IMG/VR virus record: IMGVR_UViG_3300020061_000005
Length of the DNA: 12,930 bases
Source of the DNA: a virus
Lineage: Duplodnaviria > Heunggongvirae > Uroviricota > Caudoviricetes
Strand: one strand, 5' to 3'
This document shows positions 1 to 6,012 of this stretch, piece by piece. How positions within the stretch are numbered: position 1 is the stretch's first letter; each line of letters begins with the position of its first letter. Below the pieces are notes generated by a model, which made no database searches, was not told the origin of the DNA, and saw only the letters and a list, made by a program, of their open reading frames with translations. The translations under genes and the position numbers were made by a program.

Positions 1-3
1 CCC

Positions 4-345
4 ATGAGCGACTACACCTTCGAGGAGCTGGCTTTCATCGAGCGCATGAAGGGTGAGGCGATTCACTGCCTGGTCAAGATGCCAACCGGTGAGTGGGCTG
101 GGCTGCACCAGTTCTTCTTCACCACGGGTCTGCTGCTGGGTGTGACCGACATGGATGCGTACCGCATCCGGTACTGTTACCAGGATTCGCGCCAGGCGCT
201 GATCGCGCTGCTGGCCTGGGATGGTCAAGGCCGCCCGCCCGGTCCCTGGATCAAGGAGAAGGGCCGGCGCCTGGACGGCACCTATGCCGATAACACCAAC
301 CCCAACCTGGAGAAGCCCGATGGAGATGCCGACGTACAAGGTTGA
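4..345 (+). CDS. Phage hypothetical protein (113 aa)
   Basis: Natural-looking globular sequence with a GLHQFFFTTGLLLG...RYCY...ALLAWDG.G.PPGPWIKEKG pattern that I recall from small phage proteins. Start may be affected by the window edge. Confidence 0.75.
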   Translation: MSDYTFEELAFIERMKGEAIHCLVKMPTGEWAGLHQFFFTTGLLLGVTDMDAYRIRYCYQDSRQALIALLAWDGQGRPPGPWIKEKGRRLDGTYADNTNPNLEKPDGDADVQG

Positions 346-526
346 GATCTGTCTGCCGCAGCTGCGCTGGCGCTCGCCATTGCGCCGTGCTGGTCACAAT
401 CTGATTGTGCCGCCCACGCTGCAACAACGCTGGGAGGTGCAGATGTTCCAGTCCCGCCTGGATGGCAAAGATGCCTGGATGGAGTCGCGCGAGGAGTGGC
501 GCGATGTTCCCGTGGTGGGTGCGTGA
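320..526 (+). CDS. Phage hypothetical protein (68 aa; LQQRW...EWRDVP type)
   Basis: Shortened from track ORF 221..526. GGAG at 309-312 precedes the in-frame ATG at 320. PQLRW...LQQRW...EEWRDVP pattern typical of small phage ORFs; the stop overlaps the next start (GTGA 523-526). Confidence 0.7.
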   Translation: MEMPTYKVEICLPQLRWRSPLRRAGHNLIVPPTLQQRWEVQMFQSRLDGKDAWMESREEWRDVPVVGA

Positions 527-690
527 GCTGGTGGCGCCTCCTGGCTGGCTTCTGGAACTTCGTCACCATGTGCTTCTGTTCTTGGTGCGCGTTCTACATG
601 CCTGGAGATGGGATTTATCGCCTGTACATGACGCTTCTCGCGTGCCTCAACGCCTACTGCGTGAAGCGCTCGCTCTTCCCGCCTGGGTGA
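523..690 (+). CDS. Small Cys-rich membrane protein (55 aa, two hydrophobic segments)
   Basis: GTG start coupled to the upstream TGA. MSWWRLLAGFWNFVTMCFCSWCAFYMPGDGIYRLYMTLLACLNAYCVKRSLFPPG has two hydrophobic stretches joined by PGDG. Confidence 0.6.
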   Translation: MSWWRLLAGFWNFVTMCFCSWCAFYMPGDGIYRLYMTLLACLNAYCVKRSLFPPG

Positions 691-695
691 TCTAG

Positions 696-889
696 GATCG
701 GCCACGGGATAAGCCGTGAGTGCCCAGCGGAAGTGCGTCTGCTATGAGACACGGGCCGGTCGACCGCTAAACCGCGGCAGTGAGGGGATGGCGTTAGGTC
801 ACCCTGGGAGGTTTTCGATGGCTCCTGGGTTGACCGCTCCAACCGTCTGACCTGCACCCACCCGCCGAGCTGCCAGACAGCCGGCGGGG
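696..889 (+). ncRNA. Candidate structured non-coding RNA, family not recognised
   Basis: Hand-folded helices: 696-703/754-761, 704-707/714-717, 737-740/747-750, possible pseudoknot 726-730/764-768, a long interrupted hairpin ~774-855 and hairpin 861-872/878-888. No credible ORF spans the region. Strand is assumed from the flanking genes. Confidence 0.45.
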
Positions 890-894
890 TTCCT
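861..894 (+). terminator. Strong GC hairpin, terminator-like but with a weak U-tract
   Basis: CCCGCCG(A)GCTG-CCAGA-CAGC-CGGCGGG (11 bp, one bulged A) followed by GTTCCTT. Could instead be the 3' domain of the ncRNA candidate. Confidence 0.35.
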
Positions 895-903
895 TGTCAT
901 AAT
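895..903 (+). promoter_or_regulatory. Possible extended -10 promoter element (TG-n-CATAAT)
   Basis: TGTCATAAT at 895-903 directly after the hairpin; only a weak -35 (CAGACA 874-879). Confidence 0.3.
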
Positions 904-1053
904 CCAGCAGCGTGTTTCGTGATACCCTCCACGCCCATGACCATGCGCGCCCATCATCATCCGCATCGCCATCATCATCCCCATCCGATACCGGCGTTCC
1001 CAGCCCACATCGAGCTACTGATTTTACGTATCCGTTTCCGAAGGAGTCATAAC

Positions 1054-1374
1054 GTGACCACCGCAACCCTGACCTGGACGAACCCCACCGCTCGCATCGA
1101 CGGCTCGCCGCTCGATCCAAGCGATATCCTGTTTCTGGAGATCTTCGATGACACGGGCGATGGCAGTGGCCCGGTGCTGATCGGCTCGCCCACCGGCCCG
1201 GACACCGACTTCACCACGCAGGCGCTGGCGGTCGGCTCCCACACCTTCACGGTCGTGGTGAACGACACCACCGGCCACAAGTCCACCGCATCCAATGCAG
1301 CCGTGGTCACGGTACCAGCGACGCAGGCGATCCCCGAGGCGGTTGTCGACCTGGCGGCGGTGCTCAACCCGTAA
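1054..1374 (+). CDS. Ig-like / fibronectin type III-like single-domain protein (106 aa), probably virion-associated
   Basis: AAGGAG at 1041-1046 then GTG 1054. The TATLTWTNP...LEIFD...GSHTFTVVVND.TGHKS..SN pattern fits an FnIII-type beta-sandwich. The frame stays open upstream to 919 (His-rich extension, see findings). Confidence 0.7.
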   Translation: MTTATLTWTNPTARIDGSPLDPSDILFLEIFDDTGDGSGPVLIGSPTGPDTDFTTQALAVGSHTFTVVVNDTTGHKSTASNAAVVTVPATQAIPEAVVDLAAVLNP

Positions 1375-1410
1375 GTGCGAGCCCACGGTGGCCACGGATG
1401 GCCTCCGCTC

Positions 1411-1432
1411 ACTTGAAGTGGCAGCTAAGTAA
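1411..1432 (+). promoter_or_regulatory. Conserved bipartite motif ACTTGAA-N3-GCAGCTAAGTAA, copy 1 (putative late promoter/activator site)
   Basis: 19 of 22 positions identical to 7903-7924; intergenic, ends 53 nt before the portal ATG. Confidence 0.6.
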
Positions 1433-1485
1433 GCCGGCAGCCAGCGCCGCATAGACTCCCCGGCAGCTATCCCACGAGCTGCCCA

Positions 1486-4428
1486 ATGGCCACACCTGCC
1501 GCAAGCCTGCCTCCCAAGGCCAATGGTCAAGCGCGCGTCCAGCGCAATGACGATGGTTCGATCACGGTTGGCGATGACCAGGAAGGGCCACGCATCCCGC
1601 AGGCCGGCGAGTTCGATGAGAACCTGGCCGAGAAGCTGGAGACGCACGCTCGCAAGGCACTCGCCAGGCGCCTGATCGAGTATCGCGACGCGGACAAGGC
1701 CAGCCGCAAAGATTGGGAGATGCGCGAGCAGCGCGCTCTCAAGCTGATGGGCATCATCGACATCCCGCCCGAGGATGAGGATGCATCGCCGGGTGTCCAC
1801 CAGGTGGTGCACCCGATGCTCATGGAAGCCGCGGTGCAGTTCAACGCCCGCGCGATCGGGGAGATGTTCCCGCCCACCGGCCCGGTCAAGGGCCAGATCG
1901 TGGGCAAGCCGACCAAAGAGCGCGACGCACAGCGCGAGCGCGTGGTCGACTTCATGAACTACTACCTCACGCAGATCGACAAAGGCTACTTCGCCGACAC
2001 GGACCAGATGCTGCTGTATCTGCCTCTCTCGGGCAGTGCCTTCCGCAAGACTGGCCAGAATTGGGTGACGGGCCTGCCGGAGCTGCGCTACATCAAGGCG
2101 ACCAACTTCATCGCGCCCTACTCGGGCACCGATCTCACCACGATGCCGCGGTACTGCCACGAGTACACGATGACCGGCCAGGACATCAACCGCGCCGCCG
2201 AGCTGGGCACCTTCATCGAGACCGACATGATCACGCCCACCATGGGCACGGTGGAGCACTCGAAGACCGCGGACACCGCGGACCTGCGCCTGGTATCGCT
2301 GCACGAAGATGACTTCCTGGGCAAGATGCTGGAGTACCACATCGACCTGGTGATTCAGGAAGATCCGCTCACCATCAGCAAGGACACCAAGACCGGCGAG
2401 GTGAGCCGCACCGGCCAGGTGTATCCGTACATCGTGATCGTGGAGGAGGAGAACGAGGAGGTGCTGCTGGTGCGCCGCAATTGGCGCGAGGGCGATAAGA
2501 AGTTCCGCAAGCGTCAGTGGTTCGCGCATCACAAGTATCTGCCTGGCCTGGGCTTCTATGGCTTCGGACTTCCCCATCTGATCGGCTCGCTCGGCCGCGC
2601 TGCATCTGGCGCTGTGAATGCGCTCCTGGACTCTGCGCTCGCCGCCAACATGCAAGGCGGCTTCAAGACCCGCGAGGGCCGCGCTGCCGGGTTAGCGGGG
2701 GAGCTGCGACTGAAGCACGGGCTATGGCAGGACGTGGATGCGACCTACGAGGACATCGCGAAGTCCTTCTACACGCCAGACTTCAAACAGCCGAGCCCAG
2801 CGCTCTTCCAGTTGCTGGAGGGCCTGGTGCAATCCGGCCAACGCTTCGCGGGTACCACCGACGTCGCTGCTGGGGATGCGGACAACACCGGTCCCGTGGG
2901 TACGACCCTGGCGCTGATCGAGCAATCACAGAAACCGCAGTCCGCGATTCATAAGCGACTGCACGCCTCCTTCGGGGATGAGTTCGAGATGCTGGCCGAC
3001 CAGATCCACGACTTCATGCCCAACCGCTACGTGTACGAGCGGGATGATGATCAGTCGAAGTTCATTCTCAAGCAGGACTTCGATGGCCGGGTGGATGTGA
3101 TCCCGGTCTCAGACCCGAACATCTACTCCAACCAGCAGCGTATCGCCCAAGGCCAGGCGGTGATCGAGCTGCAGAACTCCCGGCCCGATATCTACCCGCC
3201 GCAGGCAGTGGTCGAAGCACACAAGCGCTTCATGGTCGCGATGCGCGTGCCGGACGTGGACGCCGTGGCACCGAGTGTCGAGACGCCCAAGTATCTGGAC
3301 CCGGTATCCGAGAATGGCCTGATGACCGTGGGTAAGGGTGTGCGTGCTTTCGAGCAGCAGAACCACGTCGGCCACATGGCAGTACACGAGAACGCGCTGG
3401 CATTCATCCGCGCCAAGCCAATGAAACCCGAAGAACTGCAACAGTTGGAGACGGTGTTCTCCTCGCACATTCGCGAGCACATGGCGCTGTACTACCGCAG
3501 CCTGGTGATGAGCCAGGCGGGTATCCAGGCGCCACCGCTGGGCCCGGATGGAATGCCGCAGGAGTTGGATCCACAGATGGAAGCGCAGATCACTGCCGCG
3601 GTCATGAAAGCCCTGCCGCAGCCACCGCCACCAGCCGACCAGGAAGGCCAGGGCGACAACGGCGAGGCCGCAGCGATCGAAGCCAAGACGCAGGCCGCCA
3701 TCAAAGCGAAGGACATGGAAGCGCAGGCGAACGTTGCGCGCGATGAGGAGGAGTTCATTTCCACCGAAGGGCGAGCGCAGATCGCCTGGGAGAACGAGCA
3801 AGCCAGGCTGCAGGCTGCGTTCGATGCCGAGGAGGCACGCAACCAGGTGTCCTTGCAGCGCGACCAGGACCGGGCCGATGCGGAGGCTGAAGCGGGTATC
3901 CAGCGCGATGAAGCGGCAACCCATGCCAAGGTCAAGGGGATCGAGCAGACCGGCGCCGTCAAGAGCGAGCTGCAGCTGCGCCAGGGGAGCCAGAAACTCA
4001 ACACCGAGCGCAAGGTGGGTGAACAGAAGGTCGAGCTGGCCGGCAAGGCAGGCGAGCAAAAGATCGACCAGGCGGGCAAGCAGGGCGATCAGAAGCTGGA
4101 ATCCACGAAGAAGATGGATGACCACAAAGTCAAGGCCGCCCAGCGCCAGACCAACACGAAACTCGATGGCGATCGGCGTGGCAGCGCGCAGGAGTTGGAG
4201 CACAATGACGCCTCGCACAAGCAGCAACTGAGCCAGGCCGAGGAAGCTGCGGCGCAGGAGCGTGAGAACAAGGACAAGGCGGCCAGCCAGGATCGGGACG
4301 TGAAGGGCCGCGAGTCGAAGCAAAAGCTGGACACCACGGCCAAGATGGATCGGCAGAAACTCCAATCCGCCAAAGAGCAGGCGAGGGCGAAGAAAGCCAA
4401 TGCGGCCAAATCCAAGGGCAAGAAGTGA
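1486..4428 (+). CDS. Portal protein (980 aa) with long C-terminal coiled-coil extension
   Basis: Motifs VVHPMLMEAAVQFNARAIGEMFPPTGPVK, RVVDFMNYYLT, DQMLLYLPLSGSAFRK, YLPGLGFYGFGLPHLIG, GTTLALIEQ and FDGRVDVIPVSDPN match my recollection of a podovirus-type portal family. Located upstream of scaffold and capsid genes. Confidence 0.93.
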   Translation: MATPAASLPPKANGQARVQRNDDGSITVGDDQEGPRIPQAGEFDENLAEKLETHARKALARRLIEYRDADKASRKDWEMREQRALKLMGIIDIPPEDEDASPGVHQVVHPMLMEAAVQFNARAIGEMFPPTGPVKGQIVGKPTKERDAQRERVVDFMNYYLTQIDKGYFADTDQMLLYLPLSGSAFRKTGQNWVTGLPELRYIKATNFIAPYSGTDLTTMPRYCHEYTMTGQDINRAAELGTFIETDMITPTMGTVEHSKTADTADLRLVSLHEDDFLGKMLEYHIDLVIQEDPLTISKDTKTGEVSRTGQVYPYIVIVEEENEEVLLVRRNWREGDKKFRKRQWFAHHKYLPGLGFYGFGLPHLIGSLGRAASGAVNALLDSALAANMQGGFKTREGRAAGLAGELRLKHGLWQDVDATYEDIAKSFYTPDFKQPSPALFQLLEGLVQSGQRFAGTTDVAAGDADNTGPVGTTLALIEQSQKPQSAIHKRLHASFGDEFEMLADQIHDFMPNRYVYERDDDQSKFILKQDFDGRVDVIPVSDPNIYSNQQRIAQGQAVIELQNSRPDIYPPQAVVEAHKRFMVAMRVPDVDAVAPSVETPKYLDPVSENGLMTVGKGVRAFEQQNHVGHMAVHENALAFIRAKPMKPEELQQLETVFSSHIREHMALYYRSLVMSQAGIQAPPLGPDGMPQELDPQMEAQITAAVMKALPQPPPPADQEGQGDNGEAAAIEAKTQAAIKAKDMEAQANVARDEEEFISTEGRAQIAWENEQARLQAAFDAEEARNQVSLQRDQDRADAEAEAGIQRDEAATHAKVKGIEQTGAVKSELQLRQGSQKLNTERKVGEQKVELAGKAGEQKIDQAGKQGDQKLESTKKMDDHKVKAAQRQTNTKLDGDRRGSAQELEHNDASHKQQLSQAEEAAAQERENKDKAASQDRDVKGRESKQKLDTTAKMDRQKLQSAKEQARAKKANAAKSKGKK
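3724..4425 (+). repeat. 21 degenerate 11-residue (33-bp) repeats in the portal C-terminal tail (aa 747-977)
   Basis: In-register blocks such as SQKLNTERKVG / EQKVELAGKAG / EQKIDQAGKQG / DQKLESTKKMD ... KQKLDTTAKMD / RQKLQSAKEQA; Arg occupies position 6 in each of the first six blocks. Confidence 0.75.
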
Positions 4429-4450
4429 ATGCGGCACGCAGGCGCCGGAT

Positions 4451-4606
4451 ATGTGCGACCCCTACGCGATCCACGTCTACCCGGCGCATAACGGGGAGCC
4501 AGAGCATCACACTGACGGCGGGGACGCTGCCGGCAAATGCTGGTGCGATCCCATCCGGCGCGATGAGGGTGACAGCGTGATCTGGCTGCACCGCAGGACG
4601 CACTGA
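4451..4606 (+). CDS. Small His/Cys-containing phage protein (51 aa)
   Basis: IHVYP...EHH...CWCDP...WLH pattern resembles small phage metal-binding ORFs. The ATG at 4451 lies just past the portal stop, and its own stop abuts the next ATG. RBS is weak. Confidence 0.6.
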   Translation: MCDPYAIHVYPAHNGEPEHHTDGGDAAGKCWCDPIRRDEGDSVIWLHRRTH

Positions 4607-4834
4607 ATGACCGTCACCGCACCGGAAGTCCGCGCCGCCAAGTCCTTCCTGCGCCAGAACGTGAAGGCCGGCACCAGGGATATCCCGCCGCGCAAGTTCG
4701 CCATGGCCGCCAAGGAACTGAAGGTGCCATTCAAGCAGTTGATCGCCTTCCTTGCCCGCCTGGCGGACGAGGGGCAGAATGATGGGCGCTATCGCCTGCA
4801 ACGTATCCAGCAAGAAGCTCAACGCGAGGAGTGA
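4607..4834 (+). CDS. Hypothetical basic helical protein (75 aa)
   Basis: TGA-ATG abutment with the upstream gene; amphipathic helical sequence; fills the gap exactly. Confidence 0.7.
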   Translation: MTVTAPEVRAAKSFLRQNVKAGTRDIPPRKFAMAAKELKVPFKQLIAFLARLADEGQNDGRYRLQRIQQEAQREE

Positions 4835-4837
4835 ATC

Positions 4838-5041
4838 ATGGCTTACGGTAAATCCAAGCTCGGTCCCACCGAGAAGATGCGCACGGGTCGGATGGAGATG
4901 CCCACCGGTGGCGGTCCAGCCAAGAATGTCGCCGGCACGGGCTCTCCTGCCAGCGGCTCACCGAAGATGAGCACCATCATGGGCCACGGCGAGCGCTGCG
5001 CCACCGCGGAACACACCATGGGCAAGGGCCACAAGTCGTGA
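4838..5041 (+). CDS. Small Gly/Lys/Met-rich low-complexity protein (67 aa)
   Basis: GAGGAG RBS before ATG 4838; basic, disordered composition seen in small ORFs following portals; GTGA overlap with the next gene. Confidence 0.7.
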   Translation: MAYGKSKLGPTEKMRTGRMEMPTGGGPAKNVAGTGSPASGSPKMSTIMGHGERCATAEHTMGKGHKS

Positions 5042-5301
5042 TCGTTCCAACCGTTGGCCGCGTGGTGTGGGTTGTGCGGCCCACCGATACGAACGACATC
5101 CGTCAACCCGAGATCGGTCTTATCGCCTACGTGCATAGCGAGCATTACATCAACGTGGCTGGCTTTGACCACAACGGACAGCCTTTCTCGCTCACATCAT
5201 TGCCGTTGGTGCAGGAAGGCGAGCCGAAGCCCGAGGGCAACTTCGCTGCGTGGATGCCCTACCAGGTTGGCCAGGCGAAGAAAGATGCCGCACCGGTATG
5301 A
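5038..5301 (+). CDS. Conserved phage hypothetical protein (87 aa; PTVGRVVW...WMPYQ type)
   Basis: PTVGRVVW...AYVHSEHYINVAGFDHNG...WMPYQ.GQA pattern recalled from many phage ORFs; coupled start. Confidence 0.8.
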   Translation: MIVPTVGRVVWVVRPTDTNDIRQPEIGLIAYVHSEHYINVAGFDHNGQPFSLTSLPLVQEGEPKPEGNFAAWMPYQVGQAKKDAAPV

Positions 5302-5464
5302 GGGGATAAAGCGCTCGATGCGTGAGAAGTATCCGAACGCGCCGTTGGAGGAGATCAAGACGCGCGCTTCGAAGATATACGAGTCCACGCGCAAGCCTGG
5401 TGAGATCCACATCCAGACAGCGGCCAAGCGCGAGCGGCACCGCAAAGTCGGGCGTGGCAATTGA
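5285..5464 (+). CDS. Small basic hypothetical protein (59 aa)
   Basis: C-terminal part of track ORF 5054..5464 from ATG 5285 (MPHRYEGIKRSMREKYP...IKTRASKIYESTRKPG); overlaps the upstream stop. Confidence 0.65.
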   Translation: MPHRYEGIKRSMREKYPNAPLEEIKTRASKIYESTRKPGEIHIQTAAKRERHRKVGRGN

Positions 5465-5473
5465 CGCAGCACC

Positions 5474-5488
5474 TGGTCGGACCGACCA
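5474..5488. promoter_or_regulatory. Perfect 15-bp palindrome TGGTCGG-A-CCGACCA (operator or RNA hairpin)
   Basis: Perfect 7-bp arms in a 32-nt intergenic gap, downstream of a TTGACG (5461-5466). Confidence 0.35.
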
Positions 5489-5496
5489 TCTGATGT

Positions 5497-6012
5497 ATGG
5501 CGCGAGTTATCGAAGGTCCGTATTGGGATTACCGGGATCGCGATCGAGCGATGGTATACATCGAGCGCGTGGAGATCGACTCGATGGATCGTGAGGAGAT
5601 CCGTTACCCCACCCAAAACAAGACCTACAGCCGCGCTGGCCAGCGGATGATGGACATCTTCCGTGCCTACGATGAGCTGTATCCCAACTCCATGATCAAG
5701 AGCCCGCACATCCAGGTGGAAAACAACTTAGAGCGCGATACGCGCATCTACACATTCACCTTCACGCGCCGCGCGCAGCCGCACGAGTACGCAGAACCGA
5801 AGCCTGAGACAGCCACCGAAGTGATGACCAGGCAGATGAAGGAGATGGTCGACCGTGAGATGACGAGCTTCAAAATCAGCTTCGATCCAGCCAGGGGCGG
5901 CGACGATCGCACCGCGCAGGTGTGCATCGAAGCGGATGGCGAGGTGCGCGATCTCACGCCCTGGAAGAAGCAGGACGATGACTCGATCAACCCTGGAGCC
6001 TGGAAGCCATGA
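5497..6012 (+). CDS. Hypothetical protein (171 aa)
   Basis: Longest plus-strand ORF filling the interval, natural composition, ATGA overlap with the next gene; no clear SD. Confidence 0.7.
   Translation: MARVIEGPYWDYRDRDRAMVYIERVEIDSMDREEIRYPTQNKTYSRAGQRMMDIFRAYDELYPNSMIKSPHIQVENNLERDTRIYTFTFTRRAQPHEYAEPKPETATEVMTRQMKEMVDREMTSFKISFDPARGGDDRTAQVCIEADGEVRDLTPWKKQDDDSINPGAWKP

Noticed and set aside
696-775. HDV-like/theta ribozyme suggested by a pseudoknot and GCTAA (766-770)
   Set aside because: The segment between the putative P2 5' strand and P1 3' strand is ~23 nt rather than the compact P3/L3, and there is no P1.1 or P4 before the GCTAA. Retained only as an unidentified structured RNA.
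783-804. GGGGATGGCGTT resembling the 5' end of a fluoride riboswitch
   Set aside because: The complementary CYCC closing strand and the 3' GCUGAUG element are absent.
1411-1434. Reading the repeated motif as a sigma54 or sigma32 promoter
   Set aside because: The GG...GC spacing is 11 rather than 10 and GG is absent in copy 2. The CCCCAT-like element is at the wrong distance in copy 2 and missing in copy 1.
1024-2655. 543-aa minus-strand ORF (likewise 3109..4437, 8258..9154, 9645..10697 and other long antisense ORFs)
   Set aside because: They lie opposite strongly supported plus-strand genes. Their Leu/Arg/His/Val-rich composition is the typical antisense shadow of GC-rich coding sequence, with no RBS or family motifs.
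4425-4580. Alternative 51-aa ORF starting at the GTGA overlapping the portal stop
   Set aside because: Arg/Thr-rich sequence without a recognisable pattern, whereas the overlapping 4451..4606 frame has a typical His/Cys phage motif and abuts the next gene.
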